Of a stretch of DNA of 64,000 nucleotides, positions 35,376-46,363 are shown one piece after another. The translations under genes and the position numbers were made by a program. Each line of letters starts with the position of its first letter. The stretch's first letter is position 1. The notes under the pieces are model-generated. The model saw nothing but the letters and a program-made list of their open reading frames with translations. It did not search any database and was not told the DNA's origin. Origin of the DNA: Thraustochytrium aureum (Eukaryota); NCBI GenBank assembly GCA_012862495.1, contig BLSG01000345.1, forward strand, positions 65,624 through 129,623, in the 5' to 3' direction.

Positions 35376-36671
35376 ATGCCGACGAATCCGCGGGGAGCCC
35401 CGCACCGGCGCTGGCTGGCGGCAAAGGGTCGCGGGACGGCGGTGTGGTGGCGGAGATGGGCCTGGCGTGTCGCGCTGGCGCTCGGCGCGCTGACGTGGGT
35501 CGCTGTGTACGCGAGACTGGTGGAGCTGAGCGCCAAGGCGCAAGTGCCGTACTGCGGGCCGTCGCTGGCGCAGGACAGGTGCGTGCAGCTTGTCAGGGTG
35601 AAGAAGTACGAGTGGAAGAGGCTGCTGCTGGAAGGGCGCGCGAGGAGGACGTGGCGCGTCGCGAATGGCAAGCACAGGCGAGGGATTGTGGTCACAGGCG
35701 GGATGGCAGAGCATGCTGCACTTGAGCGGAATGTGGCGCAGCTTCGCAGGCTGGGGTGCGCCCTGCCCATCGAGATCTGGCACAACGACGACTCGAGCGC
35801 GAAGGGCTTTTGCTCTGGCCTGCTCGAGCGGTACGGGCTCGTGATCTGCCGCGACCTTACAGAGGGAGGCGCTCGGGTAATCAACTCTGTGGCGGAGGCC
35901 CGCGCCTGGGCAGTAGCAAGGTCCAGCTTCAAAAAGGTCCTGTACTTGGACGCGGACTGCCTCGCCATGGATGACCCAACCCCGCTGTTTGATAGTCAGC
36001 CCTTCCGCGAGACTGGGGCTGTGTTTTGGCGCGGCCCGCACGACGCCAGCTCGCTCCTGTCTGGCTCAACGGCCAAACCGAACCACGTCATGTGGCAGCT
36101 TATCGACACGCCGTACAACCAGAGCAACCGGCTGCACACCACGGAGCGGGGATCAGGCGTGTTGCTCGTCGACAAGGCTCGGCATCGCGACCCGCTCGAG
36201 CTTGCCGTCATCTTTCTGACCGATCCCTTTTTCGAAGAGGCCGTGGGGGGGAACGGGCGTGAGCTTGTGCGATTCGCTTGGCTCGCGCTGGACAGGCCCT
36301 TTTACATGACGGACACGCCAATCTTTTTCCTCGATGCTGACCACTCGGCGCGGGCCGGTCTCGCGCCGCAGCTGTTTTGCCCAAAGTCGATTGTGCTCTT
36401 CGCGCCCGAGGCGCTGTTGCCGAGCCGCGCTGTGGGAGACGAGGGTCCGCGGCCCATGTTTATTCACAAGTCACACAGCGCAGGGTCGCCCGGGGGGCTC
36501 GACCTGCTCGACCGCCGTGGCGAGCTCGCTCTCTTTTCTTGCGACGAGCACGCTTGCGACAAGCGCTTCGAGTGCTTTCTCGCTCTGCCGTTCCCGTTCT
36601 CTTTGTTGTCGGCTCTGGTCCCCTTCGTCGTGCCCAAGTCACACCTTTTCCCGGCATATTTTCCAAGCTGA
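35376..36671 (+). CDS. GT71 (MNN2/MNN1-like) alpha-mannosyltransferase, type II membrane protein
   Basis: N-terminal TM; RGIVVTGG, LRRLGCALPIEIWH, SSFKKVLYLDAD (DxD), DPTPLFDS..FRETGAVFW, SGVLLVDKARH. The 3' end may be spliced. Confidence 0.85.
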   Translation: MPTNPRGAPHRRWLAAKGRGTAVWWRRWAWRVALALGALTWVAVYARLVELSAKAQVPYCGPSLAQDRCVQLVRVKKYEWKRLLLEGRARRTWRVANGKHRRGIVVTGGMAEHAALERNVAQLRRLGCALPIEIWHNDDSSAKGFCSGLLERYGLVICRDLTEGGARVINSVAEARAWAVARSSFKKVLYLDADCLAMDDPTPLFDSQPFRETGAVFWRGPHDASSLLSGSTAKPNHVMWQLIDTPYNQSNRLHTTERGSGVLLVDKARHRDPLELAVIFLTDPFFEEAVGGNGRELVRFAWLALDRPFYMTDTPIFFLDADHSARAGLAPQLFCPKSIVLFAPEALLPSRAVGDEGPRPMFIHKSHSAGSPGGLDLLDRRGELALFSCDEHACDKRFECFLALPFPFSLLSALVPFVVPKSHLFPAYFPS

Positions 36672-37234
36672 GGCTCCATCCGCTGACGCCACGCTGGGGA
36701 CACGATCTGATGAACTCTAGAGTATAACAGCGTATGTACATACTACCAGCAGTAGATTTCACGCGCAGCAGCGGCAGCCTCAGCGCAGCGTGCGAGCGCG
36801 CGCTCTGCTGCCAAGGGCTTGCACTCGAGGATCGCTTTTTCGGCTGCAACCGCTTGCAAAATCAAGACTCGGCAACTTGGCAGACAGACACATGAGGTTT
36901 GGCCAGACTCGGACAGACCCGGCTGAGGCTGCGGTTGACCCACAGTGATGAGGACTCTCGGCATGTTGTTCAAGTTGCCACTGGCTGTGCGGATGCGGTG
37001 GCCAAACCCAATGGCCAGAGTGAGGACTGGCAGCGACTGGTTGTTTCGTCGCTTCGGTACGGACGCTGGCGAGCAATAAGGTGAGGGCTTGGGCTTGCAG
37101 TGAGTGCCACGGCTGAACGCTATCTAGTAGCAGAGCCGGAACGTGGGAGCAAGCGCCAAACACCGCCGCAACAACAACAAAGCCACCCGCCCAGAGGTAA
37201 ACAGGAGAATCGACACGAACAGGTCAGCATCGCG

Positions 37235-38341
37235 ATGGCCACCATGCGAGGCGCGGTCGGCGTGGGATACGGCGACATCGACGAAATGATTTCCGTCCGG
37301 GAGGACTGGCCAAAGCCCGTGCGAACACCTGGAAAGGGCAAGGTGCTCGTGCGTATTTCGGCTTGCTCGCTCGCCCCAGGGGACATTCGCGTGCTGAGCG
37401 GCAAAACACGGGAGGTGCAAGGGCCCAAAACGATGCCCTACATCCCTGGAGGGGACGCTGCAGGCGTCGTTGAAGAAGCGGACCCGAATTCAAAGTTCAA
37501 GGCTGGAGACCGTGTCGTCGTCCGCTTCGACGGACCGCGCGACGGCCTGGCCGAGTTCATGGTCGTCCCACAGTCGCGCCTCTTTTTGTCGCCGAAAACC
37601 ATCTCGGACCTCGAGGCAGCTGCGATTGGCTCAAGCGTTTTGGCGGCCATGGTTGCAGCACAGTACGGCGTGCGCAAGGGTGCGAGGGTCCTTATCCTGG
37701 GCGGTAGCGGCGGAGTCGGCTGCCACCTGATCCAAGCTGCAAAACTCTATGGGGCTTCGTTCGTTGCCGTGACGAGCATCAAGGCAGAGCAGTGCACGAC
37801 GCTCGGGGCTGACCGAGTGATCGACTACCGGTCGGAAAACTGGTTTGAGATGCCTGAATTCGCGCGGGACCCGTTCGATACCGTGTTCGACCTTGCCGGT
37901 GGCCGGAATGCCTGGCGCATTGGCAGGACGACCAAATCTCTCAAGAGCAACTGGAAGGGCGGCCGGTACGTTGCACTCGTCGGCGAAAACCCGCACTTTG
38001 AACTGCACTCGTTTGCCCAAGTTTTCCGCTGGCTGTTGGGGCATGTGCAACGCCGGGTGGCCTCCAAGCTCGCGCCTTGGCGCCCAAGCTACAAGTACCT
38101 CCTTGCCATTGCGTCGTACAGCAACACCGTGGCAGATACGGTGCGGTTCATCGAGCAAGGCAAGCTCCGGGTCGTCCTTTCAAGCGACTCGCCGTTTCCG
38201 CTGACAGAGCAAGGCGTGCGGGCCGCAATGCGCCTGCAGGAGAGCCGCCACGCGCACGGAAAGGTTGTAATTCAAATCAGGGATCACGGAATCGCGCAGC
38301 CCAAGGCCGAGGCCGACGAGATCACAACGCCTGCCAAGTGA
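37235..38341 (+). CDS. Zinc-independent medium-chain dehydrogenase/reductase (quinone oxidoreductase / RTN4IP1-like)
   Basis: VLVRISACSLAPGD, PYIPGGDAAGVVE, FKAGDRV, VLILGGSGGVG, LGADRVIDYR, SRHAHGKVVI. Confidence 0.9.
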   Translation: MATMRGAVGVGYGDIDEMISVREDWPKPVRTPGKGKVLVRISACSLAPGDIRVLSGKTREVQGPKTMPYIPGGDAAGVVEEADPNSKFKAGDRVVVRFDGPRDGLAEFMVVPQSRLFLSPKTISDLEAAAIGSSVLAAMVAAQYGVRKGARVLILGGSGGVGCHLIQAAKLYGASFVAVTSIKAEQCTTLGADRVIDYRSENWFEMPEFARDPFDTVFDLAGGRNAWRIGRTTKSLKSNWKGGRYVALVGENPHFELHSFAQVFRWLLGHVQRRVASKLAPWRPSYKYLLAIASYSNTVADTVRFIEQGKLRVVLSSDSPFPLTEQGVRAAMRLQESRHAHGKVVIQIRDHGIAQPKAEADEITTPAK

Positions 38342-38540
38342 GGGTTTCCATTTTCGTAGATAAAAGCAAGCGCAGCTACTAGAGGTCTTGCTCGGGCGGA
38401 AGAGGCGAGCGGGGCAGTGCCAGGCGCCAGCGCGCCAAGCGCTGTTCTGTCGAGCTCGAATCCTCCAGCAGATCGCCGACATCCTCGCGCGCCGGTTGCA
38501 GTATCTCTCAACAAGCTCAACTCGAGAGAATTGCACCGCA

Positions 38541-41500
38541 TCAAAGCTTGTCAAGGTTGTCGCGCGACAATCCCCCGACGCACTCGTAGCAGGAAAGCCC
38601 GTCCGCGTTGAGCGTAGAGTCCGCTGCGCCCTTGGAGAGGAGGTACTCGCCAAGCTGCTCGTAGTTGAAAGCAAAGCAGTAGTGCAGACAGGTGTTGCCG
38701 CGGTTGTTCTGCGCGTTGACGTCGGCCCCCCGGCGCAGCAGAAACTTGCAAAGGCGCTTGTTGCCTTGCTGAGCAGCGATAATGAACAACGTGTTGCCGT
38801 ACTCGTCGCGCTCGGAAATTTTGACGCCAAGGTCGAGGAGCTCCTCGACCTTTTCGAAGTTTCCATTTTTGACTGCCAAGAAGGCCTGCTGCGCCATCTC
38901 GATCATCTTCTCCTCCTCCGAGGTGTCCAACATCTGCTCACGCGTTTGGTTCGAGCCGCGGAGCACCTCCTCCATGATGTCACGGATCATATGTGACTGT
39001 ACCGGGGGAAAGTCTTCGAAAGGAAGGTGGCTCACATCAGCAGGGTCGACTACGCCCACCAACGATGGCTGGTTGACGTTTTCACCATAGGTAGCACCTG
39101 CGCCACGCGTCACGGGACGCGAGGCCTTGGTAATGAAGCCCTCCTCGAGCTTGCACGGCCGAAGTACGCGCCACTCAAAGCCGGGCTTCCCGAGCTCGTG
39201 GTTGCCGCTCTCCCGCGAGTGAGGTCGCTCGCGCGACCGCGGCCGGGACGCCCGCTCCTCACCATGCCGTCGGTAGTTGCCGTGGAACGAGAGTTGTCCG
39301 ATCTCGCGGAGTCCTCTGCGCTCCGTTGCGTGTCCGCGTCTCTCCCTGGACCGAGCCTTGCACGGTTCAGCTCGAGCGCAGGGACGTGACTTTCGCCGCG
39401 TCCGCTTGTGCCCGTCTCCAAGGCGCGTTGCTTTTGCTCAAGGAGGTCACGGAGTCCCAGCTCGCCGGCAATGAGCTGGATGAACTCGGAAGAGGTAGAA
39501 AGGTGCTCCACGATTCGATCCATTGAGCGCTGCGAGGCGCGCTCGGCATGCTCGGCAGACTCGGCCGCTGCCTTGGCTGCCATCGACGCAGCTACCTGGG
39601 CCTGTCGAAGCTCTCGTGCGTCGCGTTCTTCGCGCAAGCGCTGCGCAACTTCGAGAGGCATGACCCCGAAAACTNNNNNNNNNNNNNNNNNNNNNNNNNN
39701 NNNNNNNNNNNNNNNNNNNNNNNNNNNNNNNNNNNNNNNNNNNNNNNNNNNNNNNNNNNNNNNNNNNNNNNNNNNNNNNNNNNNNNNNNNNNNNNNNNNN
39801 NNNNNNNNNNNNNNNNNNNNNNNNNNNNNNNNNNNNNNNNNNNNNNNNNNNNNNNNNNNNNNNNNNNNNNNNNNNNNNNNNNNNNNNNNNNNNNNNNNNN
39901 NNNNNNNNNNNNNNNNNNNNNNNNNNNNNNNNNNNNNNNNNNNNNNNNNNNNNNNNNNNNNNNNNNNNNNNNNNNNNNNNNNNNNNNNNNNNNNNNNNNN
40001 NNNNNNNNNNNNNNNNNNNNNNNNNNNNNNNNNNNGCCCTCGTCGTCGCCACGGAGCGGGTGTTGCTCCATCTGCTGCTCGACCTGAAGGTCCCGCCGCC
40101 TGCCGTCTGGAACGTGCGCTTCCGACCCAGAAGAGCCAGCTTCGGGCGACTGCAAGTCTTCGCGCGGAAGTGCGGCAACGCCTTCCCAGCCTTGCGGCTG
40201 GTCCCACTGATACAGGTCGTCACCTTCGTGGTGGTAGAAGAGCGTTCCTTCTTTGACGGCGAGGTCGAAGGCCTCCTCGACCAACTTTTTTTTCGGCTTG
40301 GGGCGCTCACCCGCTGCGATGCGGGCGAGTTGGTCGAGTTCGGCTCGCTCGGCTGCCGCCATGACAACCTTCTTTGCGTCCGTGTCGAGATAAAGGTAGG
40401 CCTGCCACTTGCCCCAGCGCCCCAGCCTGCGGGTGCTGGCCTGCTCGCGGCGGCGCACCCAGTCTTCGTGGCGGGCACCAGCGGCTTGGCTCTGCGCTTT
40501 CTTTCCGCGCAGCTGCCTGTCCCGCTCTAGGCGCTTGTCGTTGAGCGCCTTTTCGAGCCTCGAGCGCTCTGCTTCGGAAGTGGCCTTGTCCATCTTGAGC
40601 GCCTCCAAGCGCGCGCGAAGCACCGACTCGTGCTGGTCGAGCTCGAGCCGATCCTCGAGCTCGTGTTGGCGCCGGATCTGCTCCTTTCGTGGGATCCGAA
40701 GCATGCGAAGCATTTCCTCGACTCGCAAGATGGTGTGGTAGGCATTGGGGTCATTGGATCCCGACGTCGCCTCCCTGTGCGAAATGTACGCAAAGTCGCG
40801 CGCGAAGCGCTTGCGCGTTAGCTCTTCGGCGACCAAGTCGCCGGTGTGCCAGGTGTACCTGTGTGGCCACGTGTCAGGGGCATTCAGCGTCGCAGCTCGC
40901 TCAGTAATCCCGTAAACGGTCCCAAACACTTGCGGATCGGGCTGACAGAGCTCTTCAAGCGCAGCCATGACGCGAACCCGAAAGTGATGCGCAGTGAGAT
41001 CATCCTCGAGGCGGCGATGCCCGCAGGACGCATCGAAACCGCTGCTGCCTGCGGCGCGAGGCCGCCCTTTTTGGCGTACGCCGCCACCCTTGACGGCTCC
41101 CAGGTCCTCTTCCGTGGCACTTGCGTTGAGCACAACGATTGTGCACGACTCCCGAAAGTCGAGCTTGGAGACAACTTGCTTGGCCACAAAGGGTGGAACT
41201 GCCGCGACGACACGTGAGGGGAGATCGAGACTCTCGGGATGGGGCTGCGGTACCAGCGACGTGTCGTCAAACCCAAGCACGACTGGCGCCAGCAAAGGGC
41301 TATCGAGTGCAAAAGATACGACGCAAGTCACCGAGTTGGACGAGGACACCTCGGGGTCCCGGCTGAAAAGCGTCGGGACGAGCCCTATGAGGCCGTTCAT
41401 GGAAAGGCTTGGCGGGTCCATCCCAATGAAGTTGGGCGCGTTCGGGCGGCGCCCGCACACTTGCAGGGCTAGCGATGCGCTTGGCATCCCTTGGCAAGCC

Positions 41501-44247
41501 AAGCCGTCGGTAGACTGGTTATCGAGTCCCTGTTGGGCAGTCGCCCAGAGCCGCGCGCGAGCCAATGCCGCAGCTTTGCGGGCCTCCCACAAACACTCGG
41601 CGAGCCCAAGGCCGCCCGACGCGGACGAGCCTGTCAAGAGCTCGCGAAGAAGGACGTCCTCCGCAGGCGGTTTGAAATCTGCCTCGACGTCCAGGGCTGA
41701 AGTAGCTTGAGTGCTGTCAAATGCGGAGTGCGCTGCTTCGATCGCCGCTCGACGGAGCTCGAAGCGGTGGGCGGCCTGAGCGAGAGCGAGCCCAGGAACG
41801 AAAGGGCGAAGGCTTGCGGTATCTGGAGAGGTTCGCTCCAGGCAGAGCTTGCGAAAAAAATGTGCGAAGAGGTGCGTCTTCCAGTCTGACGAGAGGAGCC
41901 ACCACTTGATATGCGCTGGAGGGAGGTCAACAGCCTGGTCCAGTCCCGTGTCCGTCATCCACTTTCGCATAGCGGTGATCGAAAAGGCCAAAGCAGATGA
42001 CCTCAACGGCGCCGGGCCCTGGTTTAGCTCCCGCACGTGCATGACAATGCAGGCCGCGTCGGGCTGCTCACTCGCACAGGCGGCCACGGAGGCAAGGACG
42101 AGGCACGGAACAGCCTCGCCAGTGTCTGTCTTGCCCTGAAAGACAGGGACGCGGACGGCTTGGCGGTAAACAAGGGCGGCGAGGTTCGCCGCGGTTGTTG
42201 ATGCCTGGATTTGGCTGTCGGCCTCTTCGATGCAAGACCGCGCTTCGTCGAGCGTAAAGTCGGCGAGTTCCGCATACTGATCATCAGCAGCGTCTCGCAC
42301 TCCCACGTGCGCCGTGCGCGCAGCAAGCGTCACTGCATGCCACCACGCTGCGCGGTCTGCCTGCAGAGCGACTTGCGCTGCTTGCTCTCTGTGCCGCGCA
42401 CGCTGGGCGGCCATGTCTCGGTGCAGCTGGACGCGGTGCTCGTACTGGGCAAGGGCGAGCTCGCGCTGGCGCTGGAGCATTGTCTGGAGACTCTCGTCAG
42501 AAACTTGGAGTTTGTACTCGATCGAGTCGGTCGTCGAGTAGGCCACAATTGCCCAGGCCTGCTCGTGCTCGAGCCTGTGTACCGAGACGATAATGGCTGC
42601 ATCAAGCCCCGGCCCCACGGCGGCCGCATCCAGGGTGCCAGCTTGAGGAACCATGAGAGCCGCATCCGTGACTGCGCCGGTCGCGAGTAGGCCGTCTGGC
42701 GCCGCCCGCATCACAAAGCGGAGAAATGCGGGCCCTCCTGGGCGATAGTGGAGGCGACGCCGTTTATTCGCCTCCTGCAAGAAGCCGGAGGATTCGTGCA
42801 AGCTGCGAAGCGTCTGCGCGCGGCGCTGGAGCTTGGCCTGCACAAGACCAGCTGGGCCGGCAGAGGACGCTGTTGGGTGGCTTGCGCCAGGGCAAGTCAG
42901 GGCGCCTTGCATTGCGCGCTCGTGGGTCACCGACTGCACTTGGCAGTCGCGGCTCTCGTGGGCAAGAGCATCGCGGCGGTCTTTCAAGCCATTGACTCCG
43001 CCGAACGCCGGCGGGTAGCGCGCAGAGCTCGTTTCGTCGGCGCTTTCCGTCAGCAACCGCTCGGGGTCGACAGGACGGTTTGCGTTCCAAATCACCGGAA
43101 GGTCGTAGGAGAAGGTCTTGAGCCGGTTCCGCGCGCGAGCCTTCTTCGTGGCCTCGTGGTTTTCCGCGGCAACGACCTCGTCAAAATCGACGTGGACGGG
43201 GTGCCGACTCACGGTGATAACGGAGATAAACACCTGCTGTTCCAGCCGGAGTCGCTCGGCCTCCTGCTCTCGCTCCAGGGAAGCACGCCAGGCCTTTGTT
43301 CTGTTGCGTTCGTCGCGGTACTTGAGACGCATGTCGACCGAGACCCAATTTGTGGGACCTTGAAGCTCGTTTTCTTGGGTCAAGGCGCGCAGCGCGTTTT
43401 TGCTGATGCCTCGCTCCAAAGAGGTGGTTTTGTTCGGGTTGAGCCACTCTGAAAGCGACAGGCGCCGTGGGACGGCGTGCTCCGCTCTTCCGGGCACTGT
43501 GCCTGGGGCGAAGTGACCTCTGATCCGCACGGGAGTGTGTGAGTTCTCGGCGAGGGCCTTGACGAGACGCGGCTTTGTGCGTTGGCGTTCCCGCGCGTGC
43601 GCCTCTTGCCGGCTTGCCTTGTCGGCCTGATCTGCCCGCGCAGCGCGGCGCTCGCCTTTTGCCACGAAGGAGTCAGGGGTCCACGCCAGCGGCGACTTGG
43701 AGAGCTTGCTCCTCACCTTCGCAATTACGTTGGCGGCGGTTGCATTTGGGGTCCATGATGCGCTTGTTGGCGTTGAGCTTGCCGTGGACGGCGTCAGTGC
43801 TGGGAGCGACTGGGATGTGGTGAGGCTGGGAGACGGGACCCTGTTAGCATGGCGCTTCCCGCCCCTTCCGGCAATCGAGGCTGCCGGCGAGGACAGAAGC
43901 GTTGGGTGCAATGGCGGAATCTGGATCACCATTTCAGAGGCGCTGTACTCTGGGCGCGAACCCTCAAAGGCGGCGTCCGGTGTTCCGAGTTCTGGCCGCT
44001 CTGGGCCAGGACTCGCGGTCGCGCCAGCCTGCTCGGTCCGCTGCCTTGGCCTTTTCTTGCGTGTTCTTCCTTGCGAGCTCGCTGCACTGGGCGTCACTGA
44101 CGCGGCGCCATTGGCTCCCACCGCCCTCGCGCTCTGCTCGATTTTCCGCCTTGTCGCCTCTTTCAATATTTTCTTCGCGCTGCTCTCAATACCATGAATA
44201 AAGGCCCTCTGCTCCTTCTCCGCAGCCTCGCGCTCCCTGCGCGACAT
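38541..44247 (-). CDS. Large uncharacterised protein with interrupted WW-like domain and C-terminal ankyrin module; gap 39675-40035, frameshift ~39112
   Basis: ORF open from ATG 44247 to the gap and continuing as FGVMPLEVAQRLREE... After the shift: FLAVKNGN, GNTLFIIAAQQG, GNTCLHYCFAFNYEQLGEYLLSKGA. WW-like KWQAYL...GTLFYHH...QWDQP. Confidence 0.7.
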
Positions 44248-44274
44248 TGCGTCGCCGCGCTGCCAAGCGGGCCG

Positions 44275-44345
44275 GCAGCAGGCTCTGCAAGCAGGCAGGC
44301 TCTGCAGGCACGCAGGCTCTGCAGGCCGCAGGCGCGCAGGCACCC
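44275..44345 (+). repeat. Short tandem repeat GCAGGCTCTGCA x3 upstream of the 44247 start
   Basis: gcaggctctgcaagcaggcaggctctgcaggcacgcaggctctgcagg seen directly. Confidence 0.8.
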
Positions 44346-44569
44346 GATCACTCAAAAAGCAAGCAGGGGCTCTGCGGGCGCACCACAAAGCGGAGCCGCC
44401 AGGGGCCAGCGCAAAGCGCGTGCAGCCGTGATGCAGCCGCGAATACCTGCTCCCCGCTCGCTCGGCGCTTCCTTCGGCAGCGCCCCGGCAGCGCTCCGAC
44501 CGGCGCCCTTCGATCGTCGATCGCGCTCTGCCGCTCCGTCAATCCATCCGTTGAGGCCGTGGGTTCCGC

Positions 44570-44842
44570 TCAACAAGAAACAAACACAAAGAAGAAGGTA
44601 CACACCCTTTGTGCGAACAGAATGAACAAAGAGAACATGCAGCACATTCACGAACATAGTGAGCATCATAGAATGAGCCAAGAAAGAACAGAACAGAACG
44701 TAGGTGAGTAGAATGAACAAAGAGAACATAAAGTACATTCACGAACCCAAAAATGAACAGAACAGAACGTATTTATCCGAACAGAATGAACAGAATGAGC
44801 CGAGAAAGAACAGAACGCCAAACGAACGAACAGAGTACCTAG
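44570..44842 (+). repeat. A-rich GAAC/GAAT-based complex repeat island
   Basis: Block A (AGAATGAACAAAGAGAACAT..ACATTCACGAAC) at ~44619 and ~44710. Block B (AGAATGAGCCRAGAAAGAACAGAAC) at ~44670 and ~44782. Many GAACA units and a sharp drop in GC. Confidence 0.85.
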
Positions 44843-45495
44843 AGGTTTTCCTCATCTCGGATCAATCAAAACAAAAGCGCACTTTATCCGCGTCGCGGAG
44901 CCTCACACCGGGAAAGCCGCGCGTCCACACGGAGCAACCTTAGGAAATGTCCGACCTATTCTTCTCCAAACGGAGCAACTGCGGTTATTTCTCCGCTCCG
45001 CCTGGATTTATCATTCAGAATTCAGAATTCAGAAGTAGCCACGGCCCGAGGGCGACTCTGTTTCTCCGTGCAGCGTGTGTTTCTCCGAGTGGCGTCGGGG
45101 TAACTGCGCCGCGAAGTAAGCCCGCGAGGCAGAAGAAGAACAGGAGGAGCGAGCGGGCGAGGCGGCGGCGGCGGCGGCAGAGCGCGAAGGCGCAGGAGGC
45201 GCGCGGGCTGACGGAGAGCGCGTGCGTTGGCGCAGGTAAGTCGGTGCGCAGGCCGCGCAAGTGCAAAGTTCTGTCTCGTCTGTTTTCCTGGCCGGCCCGT
45301 GCTCGCGGGCGTGGCTCGATGGTTTGATGGATAGATACTCGAACAACGCGCGCTCCGAGATGTGCCGCTGCACGCGAACCGCTCGGCCTGGCTCGCGGCG
45401 AGGTGCAGGATGGGGCGCGGGATGGTGGAGGAACGTGCGGCTGACGGGACGGGCGGGGACGAAGGCGATACGCAGGGGCCGGGCTGGGGGCGAGG

Positions 45496-46005
<510 letters not shown>

Positions 46006-46166
46006 TACCGCTTGTCGGGTAGTCGTCGTTGGGTCTGGGGGGGGTGGGGGGGGGCAGGCGCATGTGCAGTGCCTGCAGGCGTTGCGCGCTCGTCGTTGCA
46101 CATGCCAATGTCGGGGTCGTCGTTGGCGGGCCGGCCGCGGATGGAAGGAGGTACAAAATAAGCACC

Positions 46167-46202
46167 TTCCTGTTTTGGTCAGTCTTCCCGTTTTGGTCAG
46201 TC
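46167..46202 (+). repeat. 18-bp tandem repeat running into gap 46203-46270
   Basis: TTCC(T/C)GTTTTGGTCAGTC x2 immediately before the Ns. Confidence 0.8.
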
Positions 46203-46363
46203 NNNNNNNNNNNNNNNNNNNNNNNNNNNNNNNNNNNNNNNNNNNNNNNNNNNNNNNNNNNNNNNNNNNNAGGCGGGGTGGTGGTTGTCGGCGTCAGCGA
46301 GTGACGGCGCCCAGGAACTCGTTCAGTTGAGAGTCTGAGACCATCTGATTGTTTTGTTTTCGC

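Noticed and set aside
44570..44842. CRISPR array
   Set aside because: No constant repeat with unique equal-length spacers, no cas genes, and a eukaryotic context.
45236..45475. Putative 5' UTR intron of RBX1 (CAG|GTAAGT at 45236)
   Set aside because: The donor is good, but the acceptor is ambiguous and cannot be checked by reading frame.
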